NCBI GenBank assembly: GCA_050250895.1 | Contig: JBFWNU010000001.1 | Coordinates: 192,001-256,000, forward strand | From: Vulcanimicrobiota bacterium | GTDB taxonomy: Bacteria > Vulcanimicrobiota > Xenobia > Xenobiales > JADMJV01 | DNA: 64,000 bases | Direction of reading: 5' to 3' | Shown here: piece after piece, positions 18,118-28,330 of the stretch | Layout of the letters: each line of letters starts with the position of its first letter | Position numbering within the stretch: position 1 is the first letter of the stretch | Notes under the pieces: model-generated | Databases searched by the model: none | What the model saw: only the letters and a program-made list of their open reading frames with translations | What the model was told of the DNA's origin: nothing | Position numbers and translations under genes: made by a program

Positions 18118-19050
18118 GTGGCCGATCTTGAGCGCCATCTCCACGCTCTTCGCTCTGAAGGTAGTTCGGTGGATGAGGGGGTCTTCACCCTCAATCAAGA
18201 GCGGGCGACCGAGCTGCTGAGCCGGCTCAAGCTGGCCGACCCCCACGCGTACCTGCTAAAGATGGTCCAGGCGGCCGTCCGGGGTGAGGCTAGTTGGATT
18301 CGCATCACCCAGGAGGCCCAGGGCTTGCGCTTGGAGCACGATGGTCCCGGCAACGAGGCGGCCGACCGCCACTTCCAGGTAGCCGTGGGCGCTTTCACCA
18401 GCCTGACCCAGCAAACCCCGAGCCAGCTGGCCAGTCCGGCCGCTCGCGCCTGGTTCTTTCAGCGTCCGACGAGGCTCTTCGGCCTGGTTGGACGCCGACC
18501 TGAACTCGAGCTACTCAAGACTCGATGCGCCTATTGTCCCATCCCCGTGTGGCTTGACGGCAAGCTGGTCAACCGGCCACTGTTCGGCCAGCGCCTGGCT
18601 TACGAGAAGAAGGGCACTCGGGTCGATTTTGCCAAACCGTCACGAGCAACGCCGATCACCTTCGTCACCTCGCCCGCCTGCGGGCCGTCGCTATTGCCTG
18701 CTCCGGCCGACTATCCCAACGAGCGACGCCTTCACTATACCTCGCTGGTCAGCGAAGAAGAAAGCGACCAACCAGCAGCCGAGTGGGCCGGTCTGTCCAT
18801 GAACGGCAGGCCGATGGTCGCCTGTCACGCCATGTTGCAGCGGGTGTGGGAGTCGTGGTCGGATCTGACCTGGGTCCTCGATGGGGTGGCGCTGACCAGC
18901 GAACGCAACGTGCTCGACCGGCCCGGTCTTCAGGCGGTGGTCAGCGCGGCCGAACTCGAGGTCGACCTCTCCGAGTTCGGCGTCGTTCACAACGACGCTT
19001 TCTATCGCCTTACCAATCAGCTTCGCCAGAGGGTCCTATGGATGTATTGA
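18118..19050 (+). CDS. Hypothetical protein with degenerate GHKL/HATPase-like N-terminus
   Basis: GVFTLN..LADPHAYLLKMVQAAV..EHDG pattern. Confidence 0.65.
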   Translation: MADLERHLHALRSEGSSVDEGVFTLNQERATELLSRLKLADPHAYLLKMVQAAVRGEASWIRITQEAQGLRLEHDGPGNEAADRHFQVAVGAFTSLTQQTPSQLASPAARAWFFQRPTRLFGLVGRRPELELLKTRCAYCPIPVWLDGKLVNRPLFGQRLAYEKKGTRVDFAKPSRATPITFVTSPACGPSLLPAPADYPNERRLHYTSLVSEEESDQPAAEWAGLSMNGRPMVACHAMLQRVWESWSDLTWVLDGVALTSERNVLDRPGLQAVVSAAELEVDLSEFGVVHNDAFYRLTNQLRQRVLWMY

Positions 19051-19661
19051 AAACTCTTCTCATCGTTTTGCTGGTGGCAGCCTCGGCCGGAGCCGAGAGC
19101 TTGTCGGATCTCGACACCCAGTTGAAGCGCGACCCGCACAACGCACCGGCCTTCTACCGACGGGCCAGCCTCTATTTTCGCCGGGGCAATCTCGACGCCG
19201 CTATTCTGGATGCCAGCCGCTCTATCTCGAATAGGCCCGATCGGCCCCAAGCCTATCTGCTGCGCGGCCATGCCTATTGGAAGATGGGACGCCTCGAAGC
19301 GGCCGGCCAGGACTTTGCCTGGGCCCGCCAAGCCGATCCCGAGGCTGTCTCGCCATTTCTCTTTTATTATCTCTCTAAACGCGAAGCGGGTGCACCGGTT
19401 CAAGACGAACTCAAGCGATTTGCCGAAGGGCGCGACGACCCGGCCCTGCTGATGCTGCTCAACCGCATTCCCCCTCAGGCTTATCTGAGCACGGTGCAGA
19501 TGACCGAGACCGATCGCGCCCACCTGGCCAGCGCCGAGGCGCAGGCTCACTTCATCATCGGACATTACTATCGTCTGTTAGGACGAGAGAAGATCGCCAA
19601 AGCCGAGTTGGCCGGGCTGATGCCGGTCGACTTTATTTGGGCGCAGGAGTTGCGTTGGTAA
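19038..19661 (+). CDS. Exported TPR protein (NlpI-like)
   Basis: Signal peptide; AFYRRA and AYLLRG TPR motifs. Confidence 0.8.
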   Translation: MDVLKTLLIVLLVAASAGAESLSDLDTQLKRDPHNAPAFYRRASLYFRRGNLDAAILDASRSISNRPDRPQAYLLRGHAYWKMGRLEAAGQDFAWARQADPEAVSPFLFYYLSKREAGAPVQDELKRFAEGRDDPALLMLLNRIPPQAYLSTVQMTETDRAHLASAEAQAHFIIGHYYRLLGREKIAKAELAGLMPVDFIWAQELRW

Positions 19662-20052
19662 CTTCGTCGACGCTGAGACTAAAGGCCACAAAGCCCAACG
19701 GCAGGGGGTCTCCGGCCCGCCACAACTCCAACTGATAGTTCTCGATGGGCCGTTCCTGGTCGGGCGGCGTCACGATCACCTTCTGAGCTCCCGTGATCGC
19801 CTGCCGCAAGACGTTCTCGCGCTGAGTCCCCCCGCGTCGCAGGCGGGCTAAGACCAGGTGGCCCTCGCCGTTGTAGTCGGTCCAGACCTCGAGCGGCTGA
19901 CCGGCCGGAAAGACCTGCTGGCTACCGTCAGCGATCCGCATGGGAACGCGCGGTTCCATCGTCGTCTCACCCGGCGTGAACTCGGGAACCGGCGGCTTTT
20001 GGGGACCACAGCCGGCCAGCATCAGGACCAGCAGCAGCCAGCGAAGCCTCAT
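19633..20052 (-). CDS. Lipoprotein, unknown function
   Basis: Lipobox LAGC after a hydrophobic stretch. Confidence 0.75.
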   Translation of the reverse strand: MRLRWLLLVLMLAGCGPQKPPVPEFTPGETTMEPRVPMRIADGSQQVFPAGQPLEVWTDYNGEGHLVLARLRRGGTQRENVLRQAITGAQKVIVTPPDQERPIENYQLELWRAGDPLPLGFVAFSLSVDEVTNATPAPK

Positions 20053-21242
20053 CCCTGGCCTTTCTGGGCCAAAACCTCGTCGAGGAAGCTCAAAATGGCC
20101 GTGGCGCCTTGATCACGCACCGCCGGAACCTTGTCGGGCGAGGGCTGAAAGGCGGTGCCCAACTCGAGTCCCATGCTGAGCATCCCCTTGGCCTCGCCAA
20201 AGGCGGTAATGTCGCCAGTGGTCGGATAGAGGTCCGGGATGGCCAGCGGCGTGTAAGGAACATCCAGTTTGCCCTGGATGCGGGTGGCGATGTCGCGATA
20301 CATCTGCTGGCGCTCTTCGCTCTTCACTCCGGGAAAGAGGATCAGACGGCCGAAAGCGTGCACGTCGAGGGCGCCGGCCAGGTTGGAGTGGGTCTCCATG
20401 AAGTCGGTCAGGGCCCGGCTCTCCTTTTCGCTCACGGCGTGGGGACCCCGGAACGTCAGGTTGAAGGGGTCGTCGCTGGCGCCCAAATCATCGCTGGTGG
20501 TGTCGGGGGCGTCGCCATAGAAACGGAAATCGGCTGAATAGTTGCGATTGAGGTCCACTCCCACCTTCTCGCCGTTGACCGTGCCGCGATTCTTGCGCCA
20601 GTCTGGATTGGCGTTGCGCGAGAATTCGTAGCCGTCAGGATTGGACATCGGTACGAACCACAGCTCGAGGTTGTTGACCCGGCGGGCCATCTCGGGGTCG
20701 TTCTCATAGCCTTTGAGCAGGCGCTCGGCGGCCTCGGTCACGGCCTGGTTGGGAGCCCACTCGCGGGCATGTTGACCACCCACTACCAGCACTCCGGGCT
20801 TTTCGCCGGTGGGTCCCCGGCCCACCCGCAAGGCCCACAGAGGGCGCCCCTCTTCACTGATGCCGATCTGCTCGCGATGAGCCAGGTCAGGAAAGGCGGC
20901 CTCGAGTTGTTCGAGCTTGGATTCGATCTGGGCCGCGCTGGGATAGGCCTGGGCGTAAGGCGAGGCCAGTCCCGTCAGGGCGTGCTTGAGACCGAAGGTA
21001 AAGTCGGGCTGGTCGATCTGAATCGGAGCCAGATCGGTGTCGGGGCTGAGAATCTCGTCAGAGGAGACGACGCCATCGCCGTCGGCGTCCATGGCCCGAG
21101 CCATGGGAGTGAAGCGCTCGAGAATCGGCACCTGGGTGTCGTTGAGGATGACATGGTAGCGGTCGTGGGGCTCACCATCGACCGGGGCTACCGGCCGTTG
21201 GGGAAGGTGAACAGGGCTGTGACAGGCGCGATGTACGATCAT
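20049..21242 (-). CDS. M14 zinc carboxypeptidase with N-terminal EF-hand and no Sec signal
   Basis: HARE, NPDG, RKNR, DLNRN and DVH motifs; EF-hand DADGDGVVSSDE; SD GGAGG. Confidence 0.92.
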   Translation of the reverse strand: MIVHRACHSPVHLPQRPVAPVDGEPHDRYHVILNDTQVPILERFTPMARAMDADGDGVVSSDEILSPDTDLAPIQIDQPDFTFGLKHALTGLASPYAQAYPSAAQIESKLEQLEAAFPDLAHREQIGISEEGRPLWALRVGRGPTGEKPGVLVVGGQHAREWAPNQAVTEAAERLLKGYENDPEMARRVNNLELWFVPMSNPDGYEFSRNANPDWRKNRGTVNGEKVGVDLNRNYSADFRFYGDAPDTTSDDLGASDDPFNLTFRGPHAVSEKESRALTDFMETHSNLAGALDVHAFGRLILFPGVKSEERQQMYRDIATRIQGKLDVPYTPLAIPDLYPTTGDITAFGEAKGMLSMGLELGTAFQPSPDKVPAVRDQGATAILSFLDEVLAQKGQG

Positions 21243-21382
21243 AGGTCCTCCGTGATGGAGACATACTACTCAGGGTGTGCCCTGCTGGTGTTTCAGACAT
21301 GTTACGGAAAGGCCGAGTCGGGGCGAGCCTCCCTATTCGCAATCTCGCCAAGAAAAAAATTTTCTATCGAGAACGGACCATA

Positions 21383-21415
21383 GGAAACACTCTGGCAACA
21401 ATAGTCCGTTAATAT
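21383..21415 (+). promoter_or_regulatory. Direct-repeat promoter GGAAA-N6-GGCAA-N11-TAATAT
   Basis: Read directly in an AT-rich intergenic region. Confidence 0.5.
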
Positions 21416-21438
21416 GTAACACGCAGGAGGGTTTATCT

Positions 21439-21930
21439 ATGAGAGTCAATGGTGCTTCAACACATCCCCTGGCGCGGTGCGGGCTGGTCGGGATCCCGAG
21501 CCGCGATGGCCTGATCGCCAAAGAACAGCCCGAGGGCCCTGTCAGCGCCAACCCATACCATGATGTCTGGCTCGATCCGGATCCTGACGCCACCAAGTTC
21601 AAAGTGGTTACTGCCCCGATGACCTCTGAGCTCAAGGGCATTCTCGAGCAAACGATCATGGGTAGTCTCCGCCAGACCTGCCCGTTCGGTGATTTCGCCA
21701 TACAGATGGCCAAATTAGACGCCGAGAACCTGGAGCGGGCCAATGGAGTGGCTTATGAGGTCCCCCTTGAACAACCCAAACCCAGAGGCCTGTTTGGCGC
21801 TTTGAAGCAGGCCGTCTTCGGGCCTGATCAGCGTGCTCCCGAGGCCTGGCTGCTCGTCGATGGTCAACCGATCTGCGACTACAACATCGCCCAGCAAAAT
21901 CTGCCACCACGAGCGCGCCTGGAAAGTTAA
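21439..21930 (+). CDS. Hypothetical protein
   Basis: SD AGGAGG before ATG 21439. Confidence 0.75.
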   Translation: MRVNGASTHPLARCGLVGIPSRDGLIAKEQPEGPVSANPYHDVWLDPDPDATKFKVVTAPMTSELKGILEQTIMGSLRQTCPFGDFAIQMAKLDAENLERANGVAYEVPLEQPKPRGLFGALKQAVFGPDQRAPEAWLLVDGQPICDYNIAQQNLPPRARLES

Positions 21931-21957
21931 ACGGCGCCGCCCGCCGAACCGGGCGGG

Positions 21958-23592
21958 ATGAAACGCTGTCTCGCCTGGTTCTTGTGGTTGGGTCTGGTCT
22001 CGTCGGCCCTGGCCGCCCCCGCTGAAGTCGTTCTCTATAATGGCCAGATTGCCACCATGGATCCGGCCCGCAGTTGGGCCAGCGCCCTGGCCATCGACCA
22101 GGGCAAGATCTCGTGGGTCGGCTGGGACCCGGCCGACCAGATCGGCCCCCACACCGAGGTCGTCGACCTCGAAGGCCAGATGGTTTTGCCCGGTTTTACC
22201 GACAGTCACGTTCACCTCGTGCTCGGCGGCATCGAGGCCGACCAGTGCCCGCTAGCCGATAGCCCCGACGCGGGCACCGTGTTCGAGCGAATTCGCACTT
22301 ATGCCCAGAACCACCCAGACCGGCCGTGGATTCTCGGCTCGGGCTGGGACACCACCGAATTCGGGCCCCAGGGACCGACCCGCCAACAGCTCGACGAGCT
22401 GGTTGGCGACCGGCCGGCCTGGCTCTACACTTCGGACGGTCACTCGGCCTGGGCCAATAGTAAAGCTCTGGAATTGGCCGGCATCACCGCCGCCACTGCC
22501 GATCCTGCGGCCGGCCGCATCGAGCGCGATCCAGAAGGCAATCCGCGGGGAGTGCTGCGAGAATCGGCCATGGCGCTCATGGAGAAGGTCGTGCCCGCCA
22601 CCACCGCCGCCGATTACGAGAAGCACCTTCCTGAGGTGATCCGTCTGGCCAACAGCTTCGGCATCACGGCCGTGGACGAGGCCAACACCAGCGAGCCCAT
22701 GCTGCAAGCCTACCAGGCTTTGGAAAAGCGAGGGGAACTCCACCTGCGCGTGCTGGCCTCACTCCAGGTCGACATGCCCCTTGACCTCGACAAACTCAAG
22801 GCACTGCGCCGCCGCTATGACGGCCCCCGCCTGAAAGCCACGGCGGCCAAGTTGTTTCTCGACGGGGTCATCGAAAGTCGGACGGCGGCTTTGCTCGAGC
22901 CGTATCTGGGCGAGGGGCCCCAGGGTGAGCTCAACCTGCAACCGGCCCCCATCATCGCGGCTCTCGACGGGGCGGACTTTCAGGTGCACCTGCATGCCAT
23001 CGGCGACCAGGCTGTGCGAGCCGGCCTCGACGCCTTCGCGGCCCTGCCTCGACGCGACGCCCGCCACCATATCGCCCATCTGCAGTTGGTCCATCCCGAC
23101 GACTATGCTCGCTTTCGCCAACTGGGAGTGGTGGCCAACATCCAGCCGTTGTGGGCCTTTCCCGACCAATACATCACCGAACTTACCGAGCCGGTAATCG
23201 GACCCGAGCGCTCGGCCCGCCTCTATCCCTTCGCCAGCCTCTTCAACGCTGGGGCGGTAGTAGCGGCGGGTAGCGATTGGAGCGTGTCGAGCCTCAACCC
23301 CCTCGAAGCCATCGAGGTAGCCGTCACCCGCCACGACCCCTCGGCCCCCGCCACCCCGGCCTGGCATGCCGAGCAATGCCTGCGGTTGACCGAGGTGCTG
23401 GCGGCCTACACCAACGGAGGTGCCTGGGTCACCTTTCAAGAGCGGCAGCGCGGCTCGCTCGAGGTGGGCAAATGGGCCGACCTGATCGTGCTCGACCACA
23501 ACCTCTATGAAATTCCCCCCGAGCAGATCTCCGAGACCAACGTGGTCTTGACCCTGCTCGAGGGGAAGGAGGTCTATCGCCGACAGCCGTGA
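21958..23592 (+). CDS. Exported amidohydrolase 3 (YtcJ-like)
   Basis: PGFTDSHVH, KLFLDG, HAIGD, GSDW and GSLEVGKWAD motifs; signal peptide. Confidence 0.95.
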   Translation: MKRCLAWFLWLGLVSSALAAPAEVVLYNGQIATMDPARSWASALAIDQGKISWVGWDPADQIGPHTEVVDLEGQMVLPGFTDSHVHLVLGGIEADQCPLADSPDAGTVFERIRTYAQNHPDRPWILGSGWDTTEFGPQGPTRQQLDELVGDRPAWLYTSDGHSAWANSKALELAGITAATADPAAGRIERDPEGNPRGVLRESAMALMEKVVPATTAADYEKHLPEVIRLANSFGITAVDEANTSEPMLQAYQALEKRGELHLRVLASLQVDMPLDLDKLKALRRRYDGPRLKATAAKLFLDGVIESRTAALLEPYLGEGPQGELNLQPAPIIAALDGADFQVHLHAIGDQAVRAGLDAFAALPRRDARHHIAHLQLVHPDDYARFRQLGVVANIQPLWAFPDQYITELTEPVIGPERSARLYPFASLFNAGAVVAAGSDWSVSSLNPLEAIEVAVTRHDPSAPATPAWHAEQCLRLTEVLAAYTNGGAWVTFQERQRGSLEVGKWADLIVLDHNLYEIPPEQISETNVVLTLLEGKEVYRRQP

Positions 23593-23954
23593 CCGCGGTG
23601 GTGCTTGTTGTGCCCACGCCCGCGGCTTTGTCCGTAGTTGTGGCCGCGATAGCCCCGATTGCTGTAGCCAGTGTTGCAGGCCCCCTGGTTGGAATAGCCC
23701 TGATTATAGTAACCCTGGTTGTAATAACCCTGGTTGTAGTTGGTCTGATAATAGCTATTCTGACCGTGGTTGCAATACTGCCCGTGCTGGTTGCAGTAGT
23801 AATAGCCCGGAGGGCACTGGCCTTGATAATTGCCCCTGTTACCGCCCAGGTCGAGCCGAATCTGAAGGCGCGGCTCCGCCGAAACGGCGCTGGTAAACAA
23901 GGCAACCATCAGAGCCAGAACGGAAAAACGAAACCCCATGGTTCTAGTCTCCAA
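23574..23954 (-). CDS. Exported low-complexity protein with YNQGY repeats
   Basis: Signal peptide; 15-bp tandem repeats; SD GAGA upstream. Confidence 0.7.
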   Translation of the reverse strand: METRTMGFRFSVLALMVALFTSAVSAEPRLQIRLDLGGNRGNYQGQCPPGYYYCNQHGQYCNHGQNSYYQTNYNQGYYNQGYYNQGYSNQGACNTGYSNRGYRGHNYGQSRGRGHNKHHRGHGCRR

Positions 23955-24038
23955 ATGGATGAATCTCTCGGCCTCGCCGAGGATGCGGCGATTCTAACAG
24001 ACCGGCTCCGAGAAAAAATGACAAGCTCTGACAGGGCG

Positions 24039-25127
24039 CTATGGGATGAAGACGATGCCGAAGGGGTTGGTGCCCGCCTGGACCTGGCCGGCGAGCACAG
24101 GCAAACTGGTGGGACTGGCCACGGTATAGATCGAGACCGTTCGGCCGGCGTTGGAATGGGTGAGATAGAGCTTGCTGCCGTCGGCGGTACTGGTCAGATT
24201 GTGGGCCTGGGCGACTGGCGTGGCCAACGAACCGATGGCCGTGTCGTTGTTGAGATTGACGGCGAACAGACCATCGGGGTTGGGACCCGGCAGGCCGCCC
24301 ACCACATGGCCCGGGAAGTTGGTGACGTAGAGGCTCTGCCCATGGGGAGGCACCCACACCCCGTGCCCGCCGAGGATCGGTATCACATCGAGCTGGGCCA
24401 GGGTGTTGCGATTGAATACAAACACGTTGTCGGTGGACTGGCAGGCTACAAACAACCGGTTGTCAGTAGGATGCAAAATGACGTGAGGGTCAAGGCCGAC
24501 GTTGGCCCGGCCGACTTCGGCCAGGGTGGTGGTGCTGTATTTGACCACCACGTCCGGGCCGCCACCCCCGACCCCCAGGATGGTAGCGTAGGCCGCCTGG
24601 TCGTCGACCACGATATCATGGGGAACGCCGCCCAGCGCCTCGAGATCGGCCGGAATCTTGATGACAGCCAGGCGAGTGTTGGTGATCAGGTCAAAGACCA
24701 CCAGGCTCTTGTCCTGGCGGTCGATAGCCCACAACTGGGTCTGGTTGAGCCACATGTGGAAGACATCCATGGGAACGGTCAGAGTGGCCACGAACGAAAA
24801 GTCGTTGGCCGCCAGCGCCACGATGCGGTCGTTGGCGTCGTCGCCCACATAGATCCGATTCAAAGCCGCCGAATAGACGACGTATCCTGGCCGGGACGGG
24901 TTGGCCGCTGGCGGCAGCGTGATGGTGGCGAAAACCGTGTCGGTGCTGGCATCGATGACGGTGACATCGCCCGAGGTGCGATTGGCCACCAGCACGACCT
25001 GGGGTGGACGCTGCAGACCCGCCACCACGTTGGCCGAGCCTGTCGAGGCATCTTGCTCGTCATTGGTTCCCACCACACAGCCGGCCAGGGCGGCCAGCAA
25101 TATTAATCCCCAGGCTAAACGCTTCAT
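24039..25127 (-). CDS. YVTN/YncE-type beta-propeller lipoprotein
   Basis: Lipobox LAGC; repeated LYVTN/VTVID blades. Confidence 0.88.
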   Translation of the reverse strand: MKRLAWGLILLAALAGCVVGTNDEQDASTGSANVVAGLQRPPQVVLVANRTSGDVTVIDASTDTVFATITLPPAANPSRPGYVVYSAALNRIYVGDDANDRIVALAANDFSFVATLTVPMDVFHMWLNQTQLWAIDRQDKSLVVFDLITNTRLAVIKIPADLEALGGVPHDIVVDDQAAYATILGVGGGGPDVVVKYSTTTLAEVGRANVGLDPHVILHPTDNRLFVACQSTDNVFVFNRNTLAQLDVIPILGGHGVWVPPHGQSLYVTNFPGHVVGGLPGPNPDGLFAVNLNNDTAIGSLATPVAQAHNLTSTADGSKLYLTHSNAGRTVSIYTVASPTSLPVLAGQVQAGTNPFGIVFIP

Positions 25128-25182
25128 CGTCCCATACCCTCCCTTGCAGACCTGGTTTAGGATCGAGTCCTAAAGACCTTTG

Positions 25183-25215
25183 TTTCACGGAAATTTCAAT
25201 CCGAGGTGGTATCTT
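25183..25215 (+). promoter_or_regulatory. Direct-repeat promoter TTTCA-N6-TTTCA-N11-TATCTT
   Basis: Read directly; GTG 6 nt downstream. Confidence 0.7.
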
Positions 25216-25221
25216 GATCGA

Positions 25222-27924
25222 GTGAAACCAGGCGATTCACTTTTCTCGAACAGCTTCGTACCCGAATACGCACGACGCCCGCTGGAGCATTTTCGCGGCA
25301 CCGGCAAGATCGAAGCCGAGCAACCCGTGGACACCTTTTTGCCCGAGACCTCGAATGTCCAGGGCTGGAGTCACCGAGGTTTGATGCTCTGGGCCCGGGG
25401 CAATGACGAAGGCCCCCAGGACCAGGCCAAAAACGAAGAGGGAGTCTTCCAGGACCAGCGCTACACCGTTCGCTACGACGGCGACTCAAATCGTGGAAGC
25501 CTCACCGGGGTCACTCCCCAGGCTTTCGAGTTCATCGAGTTCGATGGTCCTCGCATCGACTATCTCAGGGTCACCCCCAACGGAACCCAGGTGGCCCACC
25601 ACATCAACCTCGAGCGGCCCGACCAGTCGACGATCCAGTTCTTCGCGACCCTGGAAGAGACCGAACCCACCCCGGGCAGCCCGGCCTGCGCCAGCCTGGC
25701 CAGTTCACTGGCTGCCGAGAACGGCAGCCTCAAGAGCATCTATCTCGACGGCCGGTCTCTGCCAGAGCGCCGGATGCAACTACTGTCCGAGCTCGGGCAG
25801 CAACTCGACAGCCTCGGAGCCGCCGAACTCAAGGCCCTGCTCGAGCGGCCTCGGGCCGATACCCCGCTGCGGTTGGTCCATGGTCTCATCGAACGAAGTC
25901 GAAGCGACCCCCGCGCCCGAACCGCTCGCGAGCTGGCCGGCGAGTGGTTGGCCCTCGAAGACTTGCCCCGCGCCTCGGCCGACGGCCTGACGCGCACTTC
26001 GGTGAACTATATCTCGCCGGCCGGCCTGCAGTTGGCCACGGCCGCCCGCGGCTGGGAGTTCGACGAGACCAGCGGTCTGCCTATCGCTGACAGCGTGGTG
26101 ATCGGAGCCGGGCCGGGTGGGCTAGCCTCGGCCTATCATCTTTCTGAGGCCGGTCAGCACACGGTAATACTCGAGGCCGGGCTGGCGGGGCAGGCCTTCT
26201 CTGACGGCCACGCCATGAGCGTGCATTCCTTGCGCACCAACAGCGCCGCCACCGACCTGATCTATACCAACGACAACCGCCAGGAGGGCATCGAGGTCTC
26301 GTTGGCCCAATCGCTGGGTCCGTCTCGCGCCCTGGCCCGGCAGGCCCGCCAGGAGTGGACCGAGGCCACCGGTCAGGGCTGGCAAGGGCTCTCGCCCGCC
26401 CACCAGAGCGAAGGCTTTCTGCCCCTCAATCGGTCCGAGTTCTTCGACCACATGGCTCGCCTGGCGCTGGGCCTGGCCGAGCACTATCCCGACACCTTCA
26501 TGACCGAGCATGCCCCCGTCTCCAGCGTCACCCGGCGCTCCGACGGTCTGTTCGAGGTGGCCACCGCCGTGGGTCACAAGCTTTTGACTCGCAGCCTGGT
26601 AATGGCCACGGGGTTTGTCGGCACCCACGGCGAGCATGCCCGAGAACTAGCTCAGTTCGAACAATTCACCCAGGCTCACCAGGGGCTCTGGCTGGCTGAC
26701 AATCACGACGAAATGGCCAACACCGGCGCTCTGCTCGAGGCGACCCGTCAACTCGAGCAGGGTAAGGTCGAGCACAACCTCGTCTGCTCGGACCGTCTGC
26801 TGGGCCAACCCGGGGTGCGCGACTACGTGAAAGCCTTGCCCGAGGGTTCGCACGTCGGCGTGACCGGGGGCGGCGAATCGGGCATCAAAGCCGTGCTCGA
26901 GCTGTTGCATCTCAACCCGGGCATCGGGGTGGAATACTACACCAGCGAGCCTCTCGAGGCGTATCAGACCCAGTTGCCGAGCGGACATCTCCACCCGGGG
27001 GTGGTGGAAGGCCTGCTCACCCACCCCGATCTGGCCGCCCAATCACTCGACAAGTTCAAAGCCTTTAAAACACCGGTGACGCCGCGCAGCCTGCTGAGCC
27101 TGTTCGAAGCCGAGCAACAGGGCCGAGTGCGGGTGCGCACGCTGGGGCGGCACTTGAGCCCGGACACCGTGGCGCTGCAAGAGGTCAAGACCGAGCGTGG
27201 CCGGGCCATCGGCCTGCGCGTGACCGATCCCGGCGTGCTCCAAAACCTCGAGAGCGAAGCGCGGCATTTTCAAGAGGTGGGCTTGATCGGGCCCGAGCGA
27301 ACCGAACTAGCGCCGGTCGAGATGATGGTCACTGCCGTCGGCTACGACGGGCAATCCATGCGGGCCGGCCCCCTCCTGCAACAACTCGGCGACCAGGGGC
27401 TGGTCGACTTCCAGGCGCGCACCACCGTTCCCGGCCTGGTTTTCAATACGGCCGGCTGGGTCGAGAACTCGGCCGACACCACCCTTCGCGGTCGGGCCAT
27501 CCGGGCCCGCCACATCGTCGAGCAACTGGGCGAGGTGCTGCCCCAGCGCGACCCGCCCCAGGACCGCATTCCCAGCGGCCTGTCCTGGTTTGGCCTCGAC
27601 ACCAATTCGACCGACCCTATCTGGCAGCTCGAGCCCGACACCGTCAAGGAGTTTCTCGATACCAACGTAGCCAACGTGCGCACCCTCGAGTTCGCCAGCG
27701 AGCGCATCCGAATCCAGAAGAACGAGGCAGACCGCAAGGCCGCCGAACTCGATCAGACCTCGAGCCTGGTGTTTCCCGACTTCTATCTGCAGACGCTCTA
27801 TCGCCGGGCCGCCGAATATCCTGATAGCTTGAGCCCGGCTGAGAAGCTGGTGCTCGAGCGCGCTCTTCTGGTCTCGCAGCGGAGCCATACCGGCCCCGAG
27901 CTGCTCAAAGAGCGCCTGAAGTGA
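25222..27924 (+). CDS. Large FAD/NAD(P)-dependent oxidoreductase (class B flavin monooxygenase-like) with long N-terminal extension
   Basis: VIGAGPGG, ATG, second dinucleotide motif GGGESG and TAVGY. Confidence 0.8.
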   Translation: MKPGDSLFSNSFVPEYARRPLEHFRGTGKIEAEQPVDTFLPETSNVQGWSHRGLMLWARGNDEGPQDQAKNEEGVFQDQRYTVRYDGDSNRGSLTGVTPQAFEFIEFDGPRIDYLRVTPNGTQVAHHINLERPDQSTIQFFATLEETEPTPGSPACASLASSLAAENGSLKSIYLDGRSLPERRMQLLSELGQQLDSLGAAELKALLERPRADTPLRLVHGLIERSRSDPRARTARELAGEWLALEDLPRASADGLTRTSVNYISPAGLQLATAARGWEFDETSGLPIADSVVIGAGPGGLASAYHLSEAGQHTVILEAGLAGQAFSDGHAMSVHSLRTNSAATDLIYTNDNRQEGIEVSLAQSLGPSRALARQARQEWTEATGQGWQGLSPAHQSEGFLPLNRSEFFDHMARLALGLAEHYPDTFMTEHAPVSSVTRRSDGLFEVATAVGHKLLTRSLVMATGFVGTHGEHARELAQFEQFTQAHQGLWLADNHDEMANTGALLEATRQLEQGKVEHNLVCSDRLLGQPGVRDYVKALPEGSHVGVTGGGESGIKAVLELLHLNPGIGVEYYTSEPLEAYQTQLPSGHLHPGVVEGLLTHPDLAAQSLDKFKAFKTPVTPRSLLSLFEAEQQGRVRVRTLGRHLSPDTVALQEVKTERGRAIGLRVTDPGVLQNLESEARHFQEVGLIGPERTELAPVEMMVTAVGYDGQSMRAGPLLQQLGDQGLVDFQARTTVPGLVFNTAGWVENSADTTLRGRAIRARHIVEQLGEVLPQRDPPQDRIPSGLSWFGLDTNSTDPIWQLEPDTVKEFLDTNVANVRTLEFASERIRIQKNEADRKAAELDQTSSLVFPDFYLQTLYRRAAEYPDSLSPAEKLVLERALLVSQRSHTGPELLKERLK

Positions 27925-27928
27925 GCGG

Positions 27929-28261
27929 TCAAATGATGATGCCCTCTCTCTGGATGTCCTGGGCGTAGAGGCGCTCGCCTCGCAGCAGGCCTTCGAAGTG
28001 TTCGCAGGTCATGCTCTGCGGCATCAGCGTAAAAGGCCACCCTCGCCCCAAAGATACGCTGGCAGCCACTTCGTGGACCCGCTCGCGGAGTTCAGCGCAA
28101 TTGCGCCGGGTCAGCACCAATAGGTCGAGATCGGAATCGGGCCGTGCGTCGCCGCGAGCCCGCGAGCCGTCCATGCGAACTTCGACCAGGTCCTCACCCA
28201 GTGCATCCTGGCAGCCGTGGCGAAAGGCCTGGGCCAATTCGAGTTCAAGCGTAGTCGGCAC
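27929..28261 (-). CDS. Minimal nucleotidyltransferase (MNT) domain protein
   Basis: GSRARGDARPDSDLDLLV and C-terminal IQREGI motifs. Confidence 0.8.
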   Translation of the reverse strand: MPTTLELELAQAFRHGCQDALGEDLVEVRMDGSRARGDARPDSDLDLLVLTRRNCAELRERVHEVAASVSLGRGWPFTLMPQSMTCEHFEGLLRGERLYAQDIQREGIII

Positions 28262-28330
28262 CAGAGCTTCTTCGGCATGAGCGCCGAGGCGTCCTTGATT
28301 TCTGCTCGCCCACGACGTATGGTGGGGGGC

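Noticed and set aside
23690-23750. 15-bp tandem repeat as a non-coding element
   Set aside because: It is explained by YNQGY repeats in an exported low-complexity protein
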